Source: Eukaryota sp. GEM-RC1 (Eukaryota). From it: a stretch of DNA of 64,000 nucleotides. The translations under genes were made by a program, and so were the position numbers. The stretch is from positions 682,001 through 746,000 of the forward strand of contig JAUFOQ010000010.1 in NCBI GenBank assembly GCA_040285855.1. Reading direction: 5' to 3'. The notes beneath the pieces are model-generated. The model was not told the origin of the DNA, ran no database searches, and worked only from the letters and a program-made list of their open reading frames with translations. Positions 12,606 to 26,087 of this stretch are shown piece after piece. The first letter of the stretch is position 1. Each line of letters starts with the position of its first letter.

Positions 12606-13166
12606 CTATCGTGATAGATATAAAAAAGCATAAGCCACAACAGCAGCACCCGCAACAATAGCTGACCAAATCCCGTCAGAGTTAGAGGACTTCCTAAACG
12701 AACTGAACGAATGGTCAATACTACGTGTAACTTCATATCCCCTATTTACAAGATTTCTATAAGATCGTGCTAGATCGTATTCAGTAATATAGTTTTCAAA
12801 GCTTCCTGTAGGTTCCAGAACGTTTAGAACCTGAATACGCAGGTTTTTCCATATTATCCTTTTGGCAGATACATAGTCTTTGTGTGTAAGGACAATCACG
12901 TGTATTAGTATATCAGTAAGATCGTTGGCCTTGCAAAACTTGGTGGCTACTATTATAGCTGAACGTATCTTCTTGTTAGTCCACGAAAATCTACCAAACT
13001 GGACTCCAATAGCGTAGAGAACGCCTTTGGTTTGAATGAGTTCTATTCGGTTTTGGTCTCGATGTTTGGATTTCTGGACTCTGCTATTCGGCAGTCTGGA
13101 AGAAAGATGAGCAACGAAGTCCTTTGTAAGCAAGCGAGAGGCTTTAGCGGGTGTGTAGGCGCCCAT
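12606..13166 (-). CDS. Hypothetical protein with C-terminal transmembrane anchor
   Basis: 186-aa ATG ORF ending in GIWSAIVAGAAVVAYAFLYLSR; no recognisable domain. Confidence 0.5.
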   Translation of the reverse strand: MGAYTPAKASRLLTKDFVAHLSSRLPNSRVQKSKHRDQNRIELIQTKGVLYAIGVQFGRFSWTNKKIRSAIIVATKFCKANDLTDILIHVIVLTHKDYVSAKRIIWKNLRIQVLNVLEPTGSFENYITEYDLARSYRNLVNRGYEVTRSIDHSFSSFRKSSNSDGIWSAIVAGAAVVAYAFLYLSR

Positions 13167-13224
13167 GGAAGAAGATAAGTATGAATGTCGTGTTGGTGAA
13201 GAATGTCATGCTGATCATAATTCT

Positions 13225-13340
13225 TTTGAAATGCGAAATTCTATTGGAGCTGAAGGTGCTATTGCTTTGGTACAGATGTTAAAAACCAACGCCACAGTAA
13301 CAAGTCTTATCCTAATCGGAAATGGAGTTGGTAAGGAAGT
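13225..13340 (+). pseudogene. Isolated LRR fragment
   Basis: Translates as RNSIGAEGAIALVQMLKTNATVTSLILIGNGVG. Confidence 0.55.
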
Positions 13341-15807
13341 ATACGAAGAATCTGATGTTGTCCTAGCACCAGAAGTGTGATTAGCATCAGTTGTAGAACA
13401 ATCTATCAATGATTGATTGTGTAGATCCCCCTGTGTTTTAAGCTGCAAATTCGTTTTCTGAATTGTTTGTCAGTTGTCACACTAATGGTATTGGTATACT
13501 TTCTTGTGAGAAAAAAAAGTAAATGATTGATTAATAAAATTATCAACAACCATCGCCCTTAGTCAAGCGTCATGAATGAAGGGATTACTAAAGACACACA
13601 GATATCTCGTATCGCCTACCCATTTTAACGAAAACAGGGTGATCTGATAGAAATTGAAGATATCTGCGGACTTTGTACATTTGCCCTTAAATTTGAAGAA
13701 GCATCCCAAATGCACATTATTTTGGCTACATTGTACTTCTGATTTGTGCTTGTAGTTCTACACAGTAAAAGAAGGAATTTCTTGTACTCAGAACTCCAAG
13801 TTTGTCATGTGTAAAAAGAATACCATTAATATTTACTGATACTTTGAAGATATAACACCTTCATCATTTTGGAAAATTCTGGATCCTTCACTCGTAAAGT
13901 ATCATATACTTCAGAATAGATAGCATCCATAACATCGACAAGCTGATACATCTCACTGGCCTGTTTTCGACATCTAATCGAGAACAGAATAGCAACTGGT
14001 GGAGATGATTCAAGACTCTGAATGAATTGAGTTGCCAGTTGTTTCTTGTTTCGGTAATCAGATTTTGCATCAATACCAACAATCAAACGTGATTCAGTTC
14101 TGTCATCAATCAAAATAAGATCAGGACCAGCTGCTCCTGCTGAATTCTTCCAGCTCTTACCTCTACATGATTCTAAATCCTCCCAGGTACATACAAGTTT
14201 AGGGTCAATTGGAGGTTGAATCACAAGAGACTTGGGGGTTTTCTTTTTGTTCAAATTTTTGGGTACCATAGAAAGACTCTCCAAACGAACAGTAGAACGA
14301 AGCTTGATCACGTAATCTCGAGAACTCCAAGCACAAACAGCAGGCATGCGTGACGTTTGACTTGGTCCAAATAGATAAATTATTGAATGGAAAATTGAAA
14401 CATGAATTACTTTTGAAAGTAGTGTAATTCTCAACATAAAATCAATTAAGTCTTCAAAAGATTCACCCATTATCTTGGCAAATTGATCTTTAGCTCGTCG
14501 AACTTCCTCATCTTGAAATTTACCTTGGTTGTTTGATTCATTAATTTTTGCAGTTGAAACAAATCAACAATGGTAAATCTACCAAGACTGCAAGTTTAAT
14601 TAATAAAGCCTGAGGAAGGAAACACTTTGGATTCCATTTGAGACTAAATGTAGACAAAAGACAATGAAAACGGGTACACTGAAACGAATCTGAATTGTTT
14701 CGATTGTGCTTTTGAGGAGGAAGTGGACTTATCATTATGTATGCAGAGGTTTCAAATGTGTCCATGCTATGTTCCCCAAAGTTTGTAAGAAGTATATCAC
14801 AGTGAAATTCACTTTAAGAAAGTTGAGATGATAGAGCTAGAGGAAATGCTTCAACATCGAATGCTTGTATCAGTGGATCTGAAAGGGAAATACCAGAGTC
14901 ATTTTGCTCAGGACAAACACGCCTATTTTTGGTTTTAATAAAATTTTCAATTGTTCTGGATACGGTACTTGGGTTTCCAGAACACATAATAAGACATTTT
15001 AAAGCATCGTTAAGATTAAATCCAGGTGAATTGGTAAGATTAGCTTCCTTAATAAATTGGTGTAGATGAACCAAGTCAGAAATGGCTTCAAGTCGATATG
15101 TCACAACCTTGAACTGTGAACTTTCTAAGCTCTGATGTATATATTGGCGATAAAGTCCCGCAACGTATGGTACCCCTATTGAGTGTGTAATCAGATCTCT
15201 ATAAAAGGAAACCATTCTAATAGTCCTGAATCACTGGAGTTTAGTGTATTCTTACAAGGGATTTCGTTGGAAAAAAACAAGAATGGTAATTCAATCTCCA
15301 AGTTATTATGGTTATTCACTGGACCAATTAATTTGTACATCTTTTTGTCAAAATGATAGATGTCAATTTTTAATTGATTCGAGCTAGGCGTGTAAATTGA
15401 GATTGATGGAATTTCTATTTGTTTTCAATTTGTTAGAAATTTTCTGAAAGAAATGAAATGTAAGCATGATTCAAATAAAGCGTCGATATCAGTTCAATAT
15501 TTCAAAGACTGTGAGAGATCTGATTTACGTCTCAACAAAAGTTTAAAACAATTATAGCACCATTGTGTTTTGTATGAGAACCAGATCACTCTTGTAAATA
15601 ATGACCTGCTGATCGATAAAGTCAACTGATCAACAATTTCGACAACTTCGACAAACGAAACGGAAATTGAAAGCAGTTGCTGGTGGATTGGTAACAGGAC
15701 GGTAATCAAATTCCTTAGGGATGGCCCTGATGTAAATAATAAATGATTGGATTGCAAGAAGAATCGTCGATTAGATATACTCAATTTCAAGATGTACGTG
15801 TTGGCAC

Positions 15808-16980
15808 TAGGGTTCTCAAATCACCCAGGTCAGATCACCTCACTCAGCATTTGTTGATTTCACTTGGGGTTCACCTGGAAAATGATTTGGGTGAATTAAT
15901 ACTCACCAAGTGACCTGAGTGGCCCAGGTCAATAAAAATAATCAATTTTATTAATAATACTACTCAAGGTACAATACTGAACATACACTGAACAAATCTA
16001 TGAGTGTGATCAGTTTTTTACACCACAACCAATCCACTTCTGCAAGCACAAGCCAGACGTTAAAGTCTGATTTTTCATTGAAGCCCTTTCCTTTTTCTTA
16101 ATTAACCATACCATTGAAGCAAAACTTTCAGAATCTCCAAAAAATGCAGGACTAGCTGGAAATGTTTTTGTAATTTTGGTAGAGCATGGAAATCTTTATT
16201 TCGTTCAAACACCACCACACGAGAGGATCTTGGTACACATCGATCGTCGGTTCAACAATTAGTGTATCAAACTCGCTTTCCAAGTAGATCACCTTTTTTC
16301 TTTGGAGATGTAATCAATCTTCCTGATAGTGTTGAACAATATCTCCTACTAGGAGGTTCTTCAATAACCTGACATTCTTGGTCTTGATCACCATCATTCT
16401 GTATATCCTGATCTTCATCATTATTTAACTCGACCTCACCGCTGTTCAAGTCCGCAGTCATCATCTTTTTTAACCGCTGAATATAATCTTCATTCTTTAA
16501 ATCATCAGGAATTTCCATCCAGTCAAATTTGGGATCTGAGTGCAACAAACGATGAGAAAGATAAAACTTATTTTTTGTAGTTTTGCAGAAAGAATAGGAG
16601 CGACTAAGGCATCTATAGCAGGTATCCCATTGTTGTTTTTGTGCGAAAAAATGGACAAGTCCTTCATTTATTTTAGCTGACAAACTCAGCGAAACTTGTG
16701 TGAAAGTACTTAATGTAATGGAAGATTGTTCTAATACAAGACAAAATAGTTCCAAATCACTGTTATATTTGATTAATAAATTTTTGAATTCATGATTGTC
16801 AGTGTGCATGAGGAAGGAATTAATTTTGAAAAATATATTAATGTTTATTACGTTATGTGTTGATTGATAAATTATAAACAACAAACATGTATTCTTAGTA
16901 ATTTAATAGCACAGGTAAGCTCACCTGGATGACAGACAAAATGACCTGCGGTCACCCAGCCGGAAACTCACCCAGTGCGT
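15808..16980 (-). mobile_element. Degraded hAT-like element
   Basis: TAGGGTT-like terminus at 15808, subterminal TCACC(T/C) motifs at both ends, decayed dimerisation-like coding at ~16000-16260; no matching TIR or TSD found. Confidence 0.35.
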
Positions 16981-17139
16981 TGTTAACTCCGAGTGTTTGC
17001 TCACTCAAGTAGACTATTAGCACAAAACTGTACTTTATGATTAACATATATTGAGTAAACAAAAAGAATTGAAACGAGCACAATTAGTTCCAAGTTGGAA
17101 CTTCCAATACAATTTTAATGAATCTGAGTAATAGCAATA

Positions 17140-17998
17140 CAGTCTACCCTCCCATTAGTGCAAGCTTTTGGGCAGACCTTAATGGGAGTTTTACCTTAAT
17201 GGGAGGTTTTGAATGTACAGACATGAACAGCTGACGACAGCTTTTTATGATAAATAAACCAACAAACTATGACTATTGTGCACCATTTGGTGATGAATTG
17301 AAGATGGCACGGATGTACCACCACGGGTAATCGTCGTCCAAATTTAAGTGGTGGGATTGAGGAAAAATATTGCTGAACACTCAATCGTCAGCAAATAGCA
17401 ATAATCTCTCAGATATCTGCTAAATGGATGGATGAGAGAAGGAGAGAACTAGTGCTAACGGGGAGGGCGATATAAGAGCGAGAAAGGTCAAGGATGGATG
17501 GGAAAGTACCAATATAGGAAATGAGAAAGGCTACAACTTCAAATCCAGCAGTTACAGGCATCAGCAGGGGGAGATGTTCATAAGAAGGTCTTCCATTTCA
17601 AGACCATCAACAAGGAGCAACTTTAGAACACTGTCAAGGAGCTCCTCTTCTTCATCATGGATCAGTACGTCCTCTTCTTCGTCGAGGCATTCGCCATGAT
17701 CAAAGCCCAGAGAACTGATGGGATGAAGTCCTATGGATAAGGTATTCATCACAAATCACTGAAGTAACGGATCCAGAGGCTTGTAACTGTTTAACTGGTT
17801 GAAAGTGTCATGAAAAGAAGGTATGTAATGATGTGATACGAAAAATATAAGAGCGAAAAAGTTTATGTTAAGAACTGTAGTGCAATGGCAAGGGCACGGG
17901 AATCAAAAAGATCACGACAAAAAAGCGGGCAGTGAAAATTTTACCTTAATGGGAGGGAAACCTTAATGAGAGGGTGACCTTAATGGGAGGGTAGACTG
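17140..17998. mobile_element. pogo/Tigger-type non-autonomous element
   Basis: Perfect 18-bp TIRs (CAGTCTACCCTCCCATTA), TA on both sides, subterminal CCTTAATGGGAG repeats. Confidence 0.85.
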
Positions 17999-18207
17999 TA
18001 ATAGAATTGTGTTTCTACACTAAATAGAAAATAGTACATTGTAGTTACATATCGGATATCTCCCGTCTCGATCTGTTCCTACCAGATTAACGTATGAAAG
18101 TCCCTTATCAGTTTTGCTAGTGTTTTCAGACTGACGAAGACTGTTTTTGTGTCTACGTGATCAGTGCAACCATAAATAATTTTGCCTGCGTTTTATTTTC
18201 TCCTTGA

Positions 18208-18450
18208 ATGCCAAACTCTTCTCTGACATTGAACCAGAAACGCGGATTGTGCAACTATGCCTCTTCACAAGTACCCTCTCCATCTTTATCTCAACTAGTT
18301 TTGTGCCTTTCAAACACTTTCAACGTAACTGTTGACAACACAACTGTCAGCAAGATTCTTAAAGACACTAACAGGTACCAGCAGCTCCGCATCATGGCTG
18401 TGAATAGAAATCTCAAAAGAATACGAACTGTTGAGTTTCCAGAGAAGCAG
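18208..18450 (+). pseudogene. CENP-B/Tigger-type N-terminal HTH transposase fragment
   Basis: Translates as LTLNQKRGLC...SLSQL...FNVTVDNTTVSKILK...RIRTVEFPE. Confidence 0.6.
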
Positions 18451-19681
18451 GATTTCCCTGTTGCGCTGGTTGGATGTTCAAGAACTTCCGAATTAGTATC
18501 AACAAGAAAAGAACAACGAAAAGACTGAGGACAAGAAACAGCTCTAATACAGTGCAAAAAATCAGAAGAATTTAAATGTTCCACATTCCAAGTCAAAACA
18601 CTGCACATCTCATCAAGAACAAGAATAAGTGGAGTTTTAGTGGAAAGCTTAGAGAAATCTGGAGTTTGAAGTGTTTTGATCAAATCAAGGAATTTGTCAA
18701 CAATTAAGAGTTGTCCTTTAGGACTGGTGGAAAAATGGAACCACAACTTTGGGTCCAAATGTGTTTGTGTACGTTCATAATCCTGAAAGACTTCCACATG
18801 GGCAAACAAAAGCTGTAAAAAAATTGCCTGAATGGCTTCAACATTATTCATGAAACCAGTATTCATGAAATAAGGCCTATTAAAACCGTGTTCTACAACC
18901 AATTTGAAGGGGTGATTCCAGGAGTTCCTGCACCAAAGTTGAGGTAGAATCCAGGATTATTTTCAAGAGCGTCAGCAAGAGCAGCAGTTTTACCAGTACC
19001 TGATCCAGATACAACAAAGGCAATCCTACACCCCACAGCAGCAGCTTCGTCTTGAAGAAAACTTCGAACAGTCTGAGACATACCACTTTCACAGTCAATC
19101 TCAAAAAAAATTCTGTTTGGATTCTGCCTGTAAAAAAAGGGAGAAGGACCAGTCACGGAGCGTAAAAAAGGTGGCTTTATGGTATAATTTTCGTTCTCAA
19201 GTATGGTACATAAACCAGAAGGTGGAAGGTACTGGGAGTGATATAAGACATGGTGGTTGAAATAGGTAAAGTAATTTGGTTCTCCAGGTAAAGTGACAGC
19301 AATGGTAACATCACCGTAAAAACGAGTATGTAGTTCAAACTGGATGAGACGGGGTTTCAAATGAAAAGAGACGGTTTCACCAAGGCGGATATAAGATTGA
19401 AATTTGTCTGTGAGAAAAAATACAACCGTGTTTATGACGAGACAATGTGTCGGTGATTCGAAATATTTCGAAACATATAGTATAATGTTACATCATTTCC
19501 AGATACCAATTAATACGTGGTGTTGTTGAAAACAATAGCAAATGAACTTTTCGATATGACGAGTGTTAATTACCGGGTAAAACTGAAAATCAATCTGTGT
19601 ATGATCGACTGCTAAACTGCTTTGATATTTGTTTATGTGTGACTTATAATGGGGTGATCTTTCTATCAGAGGAAAATATCT

Positions 19682-20265
19682 TTAGAAATGAATTCTATTC
19701 TTGTGTAGTGATTTTAATGATTGTTGTGTTTGACTGTTAATTGAGTTGTTACGTAGATAAATCGTAGACAGTGAAGAATTCACCTTCAAAGCTTCAGCAA
19801 TTGCAATAGCGCCTTCATTACCAATTGAGTTGCTATGTAGATAGATCGTAGAAACAGACGAATTCACCTTCAAAGCTTCAGCAATTGCAATAGCGCCTTC
19901 AGGACCAATTGAGTTGTTATGTAGATAGATCGTAGAAACAGACGAATTTACCTTCAAAGCTTCAGCAATTGCAATAGCGCCTTCATTATCAATTGAGTTG
20001 TTACGTAGATCGATCGTAGAAACAGACGAATTCACCTTCAAAGCTTCAGCAATTGCAATAGCGCCTTCAGGACCAATTGAGTTGTTATGTAGATAGATCG
20101 TAGAAACAGACGAATTCACCTTCAAAGCTTCAGCAATTGCAATAGCACCTTCATTACCAATTGAGTTGTTATCTAGACCAATCGTAGAAACAAACTAATT
20201 CACCTTTAAAGCTTCAGCAATTGCAATAGCGCCTTCAGGACCAGTTGAGTTGTAATGTAGATAGA
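19682..20265 (-). pseudogene. LRR cassette 1 (6 modules + cap; internal TAG at 20195-20197)
   Basis: No in-frame ATG; same cap and stop as the gene. Confidence 0.85.
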
Positions 20266-20847
20266 AATCGGAAATGCTAGCCGGTTCATAGAACCCATAT
20301 CCAGTAAAGAGAAGCTTAGATAATGTTAGATAATAAACTCAATTTAAGATAAACAAAAACCTACTTTGTATGTTAGGACAATTGTGTGACAAGATTTCCA
20401 ATTAAATCACAGATCACTAAAACAGAATCTAACGAACAACCTAATTTTGACCAATATTTAATAAATTACCATGACTAAAATATCTTTGGAGTAGATACAA
20501 AAGGATACTGTACATCTTATAAATCACTAAGAATAATCAAAGCATCACTCAACTCATGGACAATTAAGCTGTTTTTTGAGAAAAAATACAACCGTGTTTA
20601 TGACGCGACAATGTGTCGGTGATTCGAAATATTTCGAAACATATAGTATAATGTTACATCATTTCCAGATACCAATTAATACGTGGTGTTGTTGAAAACA
20701 ATAGCAAATGAACTTTTCGATATGACGAGTGTTAATTACCGGGTAAAACTGAAAATCAATCTGTGTATGATCGACTGTTAAACTGCTTTGATATTTGTTT
20801 ATGTGTGACTTATAATGGGGTGATCTTTCTATCAGAGGAAAATATCT

Positions 20848-21011
20848 TTAGAAATGAATTCTATTCTTGTGTAGTGATTTTAATGATTGTTGTGTTTGAC
20901 TGTTAATTGAGTTGTTACGTAGATAAATCGTAGACAGTGAAGAATTCACCTTCAAAGCTTCAGCAATTGCAATAGCGCCTTCAGGACCAGTTGAGTTGTA
21001 ATGTAGATAGA
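20848..21011 (-). pseudogene. LRR cassette 2 (1 module + cap)
   Basis: Not in the ORF track; has the same junction, cap and spacer as the other cassettes. Confidence 0.85.
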
Positions 21012-21592
21012 AATCGGAAATGCTAGCCGGTTCATAGAACCCATATCCAGTAAAGAGAAGCTTAGATAATGTTAGATAATAAACTCAATTTAAGATAAAC
21101 AAAAACCTACTTTGTATGTTAGGACAATTGTGTGACAAGATTTCCAATTAAATCACAGATCACTAAAACAGAATCAAACGAACAACCTAATTTTGACCAA
21201 TATTTAATAAATTACCATGACTAAAATATCTTTGGAGTAGATACAAAAGGATACTGTACATCTTATAAATCACTAAGAATAATCAAAGCATCACTCAACA
21301 TAACGACAATTAAGCTGTTTTTTGAGAAGAAATACAACCGTGTTAATAACGAGACATTGTGTCGGTGATTCGAATCATTTCAAAACAAAAGAATAATGTT
21401 ACTTCATTTCCCGATACCAATTAATACGTGGTGTTGTTGAAAACAATAGCAAATGAACTTTTCGATATGACGAGTCTTAATTACAGGGTAAAACTGAAAA
21501 TCAATCTGTGTATGATCGACTGCTAAACTGCTTTGATATTTGTTCATGTGTGACTTATAATGGGGTGATCTTTATATCAGAGGAAAATATCT

Positions 21593-21756
21593 TTAGAAAC
21601 GAATTCTATTCTTGTGCAGTGATTTTAACGACTGTTGTGTTTGACTGTTAATTGAGTTGTTACCTAGATAGATCGTAGACAGTGAAGAATTCACCTTCAA
21701 AGCTTCAGCAATTGCAATAGCGCCTTCAGAACCAATTGAGTTGTTATGTAGATAGA
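21593..21756 (-). pseudogene. LRR cassette 3 (1 module + cap; most divergent flank)
   Basis: First module is YLHNNSIGSEG rather than YLHYNSTGPEG. Confidence 0.85.
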
Positions 21757-22335
21757 AATCAGAAATTCTAGCCGGTTTAGAGAACACATATCTAGTAAAG
21801 AGAAGCTTAGATAACGTTAGATAATACACTCAATTTAAGATAAGCAAAGACCTACTTTGTATGTTAAGAGTGCGCGACAAGATTTCCAATTAAATAACAG
21901 ATCACTAAAACAGAATCTAACGAACAATCTAATTTTGACCAATATTCAATAAATTACCATGACTAAAATATCTATGGAACACATACAAAAGGATACTGTA
22001 CATCTTATATATCACTGAGAATAATCAAAGCATCACTCAACTCAAGGACAATTAAGCTGTTTTTTGAGAAAAAATACAACCGTGTTAACAGCGAGACAAT
22101 GTGTCGGTGATTCGAAATATTTCGAAACATATAGTATAATGTTACATCATTTCCAGATACCAATTAATACGTGGTGTTGTTGAAAACAATAGCAAATGAA
22201 CTTTTCGATATGACGAGTCTTAATTACTGGGTAAAACTGAAAATCAATCTGTGTATGATCGACTGCTAAACTGCTTTGATATTTGTTCATGTGTGACTTA
22301 TAATGGGGTGATCTTTATATCAGAGGAAAATATCT

Positions 22336-23507
22336 TTAGAAACGAATTCTATTCTTATGCAGTGATTTTAATGACTGTTGTGTTTGACTGTTAATTGAGT
22401 TATTAGATAGATAAATCGTAGAAACAAACGAATTCACCTTCAAAGCTTCAGCAATTGCAATAGCGCCTTCAGGACCAATTGAGTTGTTACCTAGACCAAT
22501 CGTAGAAACAAACGAATTCACCTTCAAAGCTTCAGCAATTGCAATAGCGCCTTCAGGACCAGTTGAGTTGTAAAGTAGATAAATCGTAGAAACAAACGAA
22601 TTCACCTTCAAAGCTTCAGCAATTGCAATAGCGCCTTCAGAACCAATAGAGTTGTTATTTAGATATATCGTAAAAACAGACGAATTCACCTTCAAAGCTT
22701 CAGCAATTGCAATAGCGCCTTCAGGACCAATTGAGTTGTTCCTTAGATAAATCGTAGAAACTGAAGAATTCACCTTCAAAGCTTCAGCAATTGCAATAGC
22801 GCCTTCATTACCAATTGAGTTGCTATGTAGATAAATCGTAGAAACTGAAGAATTCACCTTCAAAGCTTCAGCAATTGCAATAGCGCCTTCAGGACCAATT
22901 AAGTTGTTATCTAGATAAATCGTAGAAACTGAAGAATTCACCTTCAAAGCTTCAACAATTGCAATAGCGCCTTCATTACCAATTGAGTTGCTATGTAGAT
23001 AAATCGTAGAAACTGAAGAATTCACCTTCAAAGCTTCAGCAATTGCAATAGCGCCTTCAGGACCAATTAAGTTGTTATGTAGATCGATCTGAGAAACTGA
23101 AGAATTCACCTTTAAAGCTTCAGCAATTGCAATAGCACCTTCAGGACCAATTGAGTTGTTATATAGATAAATCGTAGAAACTGAAGAATTCACCTTCAAA
23201 GCTTCAGCAATTGCAATAGCGCCTTCAGGACCACTTGAGTTGTCACCTAGATAAATCGTAGAAACTGAAGAATTCACCTTCAAAGCTTCAGCAATTGCAA
23301 TAGCGCCTTCAGGACCAATTGAGTTGCTATGTAGATCGATCTGAGAAACTGAAGAATTCACCTTTAAAGCTTCAGCAATTGCAATAGCACCTTCAGGACC
23401 AATTGAGTTGTTATATAGATAAATCGTAGAAACTAAAGAATTCACCTTCAAAGCTTCAGCAATTGCAATAGCGCCTTCAGGACCAGTTGAGTTGTAATGT
23501 AGATAGA
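22336..23507 (-). pseudogene. LRR cassette 4 (13 modules + cap, open frame)
   Basis: Open reading frame with no ATG. Confidence 0.85.
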
Positions 23508-24089
23508 AATCGGAAATGCTAGCCGGTTCATAGAACCCATATCCAGTAAAGAGAAGCTTAGATAATGTTAGATAATAAACTCAATTTAAGATAAACAAAA
23601 ACCTACTTTGTATGTTAGGACAATTGTGTGACAAGATTTCCAATTAAATCACAGATCACTAAAACAGAATCTAACGAACAACCTAATTTTGACCAATATT
23701 TAATAAATTACCATGACTAAAATATCTTTGGAGTAGATACAAAAGGATACTGTACATCTTATAAATCACTAAGAATAATCAAAGCATCACTCAACTCATG
23801 GACAATTAAGCTGTTTTTTGAGAAAAAATACAACCGTGTTAACAACGAGACAATGTGTCGGTGATTCGAAATATTTCGAAACATGTAGTATAATGTTACA
23901 TCATTTCCAGATACCATTTAATACGTGGTGTTGTTGAAAACAATAGCAAATGAACTTTTCGATATGACGAGTCTTAATTACCGGGTAAAACTGAAAATCA
24001 ATCTGTGTATGATCGACTGCTAAACTGCTTTGATATTTGTTTATGTGTGACTTATAATGGGGTGATCTTTATATCAGAGGAAAATATCT

Positions 24090-24337
24090 TTAGAAATGAA
24101 TTCTATTCTTGTGTAGTGATTTTAACGACTGTTGTGTTTGACTGTTAATTGAGTTGCTATGTAGATAAATCGTAGAAACAGACGAATTCACCTTCAAAGC
24201 TTCAGCAATTGCAATAGTGCCTTCAGGACCAATTGAGTTGTTACCTAGACCAATCGTAGAAACAAACGAATTCACCTTCAAAGCTTCAGCAATTGCAATA
24301 GCGCCTTCAGGACCAGTTGAGTTGTAATGTAGATAGA
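24090..24337 (-). pseudogene. LRR cassette 5 (2 modules + cap)
   Basis: Open reading frame with no ATG. Confidence 0.85.
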
Positions 24338-24920
24338 AATCGGAAATTCTAGCCGGTTCATAGAACCCATATCCCGTAAAGAGAAGCTTAGATAATGTTA
24401 GATAATAAACTCAATTTAAGATAAACAAAAACCTACTTTGTATGTTAAGACAATTGTGTGACAAGATTTCCAATTAAATTACAGATCACTAAAACAGAAT
24501 CTAACGAATAACCTAATTTTGACCAATATTCAATAAATTACCATGACTAAAATATCTTTGGAATAGATACAAAAGGATACTGATACATCTTATAAATCAC
24601 TAAGAATAATCAAAGCATCACTCAACATAACGACAATTAAGCTGTTTTTTGAGAAAAAATACAACCGTGTTAATAACGAGACACTGTGTCGGTGATTCGA
24701 ATCATTTCAAAAGAAAAAGAATAATGTTACATCATTTCCAGATACCAATTAATACGTGGTGTTGTTGAAAACAATAGCAAATGAACTTTTCGATATGACG
24801 AGTCATAATTACCGGGTAAAACTGAAAATCACCCTGTGTATGTACAACTGCCAAACTGCTTTGATATTTGTTCATGTGTGACTTTTGATGGGGTGATCTT
24901 TATATCAGAGGAAAATATCT

Positions 24921-25504
24921 TTAGAAACGAATTCTATTCTTGTACAGTGATTTTAATGATTGTTTTGTTGGACTTTTAATTGAGTTGAAACATAGATCGA
25001 TCGTAGAAACTGAAGAATTCACCTTCAAGGCTTCAGCAATTGCAATAGCTTCTTCATTACCAATTGAGTTGTCACCTAGATAAATCGAAGAAACAGACGA
25101 ATTCACCTTCAAAGCTTCAGCAATTGCAATAGCGCCTTCATTACCAATTGAGTTGTTACCTAGATTGATCGTAGAAACAGACGAATTCACCTTCAAAGCT
25201 TCAGCAATTGCAATAGCGCCTTCATTACCAATTGAGTTGTTATATAGATAAATCGTAGAAACAGAAGAATTCACCTTCAAAGCTTCAGCAATTGCAATAG
25301 CGCCTTCAGAACCAATTGAGTTGCTAAATAGATCGATCGTAGAAACAGAAGAATTCACCTTCAAAGCTTAAGCAATTGCAATAGCACCTTCAGGACCAAT
25401 TGAGTTGCTACGTAGATCGATCTGAGAAACTGAAGAATTCACCTTCAAAGCTTCAGCAATTGCAATAGCACCTTCAGGACCAGTTGAGTTGTAATGTAGA
25501 TAGA
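24921..25504 (-). pseudogene. LRR cassette 6 (6 modules + variant cap; TAA at 25368-25370)
   Basis: Variant cap LCFNSIKSPTKQ; 3' part identical to cassette 7. Confidence 0.85.
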
Positions 25505-26087
25505 AATCGGAAATTCTAGCCGGTTCATAGAACCCATATCCCGTAAAGAGAAGCTTAGATAATGTTAGATAATAAACTCAATTTAAGATAAACAAAAACC
25601 TACTTTGTATGTTAAGACAATTGTGTGACAAGATTTCCAATTAAATTACAGATCACTAAAACAGAATCTAACGAATAACCTAATTTTGACCAATATTCAA
25701 TAAATTACCATGACTAAAATATCTTTGGAATAGATACAAAAGGATACTGATACATCTTATAAATCACTAAGAATAATCAAAGCATCACTCAACATAACGA
25801 CAATTAAGCTGTTTTTTGAGAAAAAATACAACCGTGTTAATAACGAGACACTGTGTCGGTGATTCGAATCATTTCAAAAGAAAAAGAATAATGTTACATC
25901 ATTTCCAGATACCAATTAATACGTGGTGTTGTTGAAAACAATAGCAAATGAACTTTTCGATATGACGAGTCATAATTACCGGGTAAAACTGAAAATCACC
26001 CTGTGTATGTACAACTGCCAAACTGCTTTGATATTTGTTCATGTGTGACTTTTGATGGGGTGATCTTTATATCAGAGGAAAATATCT

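Larger units (their letters stand above)
13826..19360 (-). pseudogene. Fragmented P-loop NTPase + PD-(D/E)XK-like nuclease gene (Crinkler-like architecture), interrupted by transposon debris
   Basis: Walker A-like SGSGTGKT (~18980-19010), Walker B-like LILVLDE (~18610-18630) and C-terminal GPDLILID..IVGIDAK (~14060-14130). Frameshifts and insertions at ~15800-18450; joining of the pieces is inferred. Confidence 0.45.
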
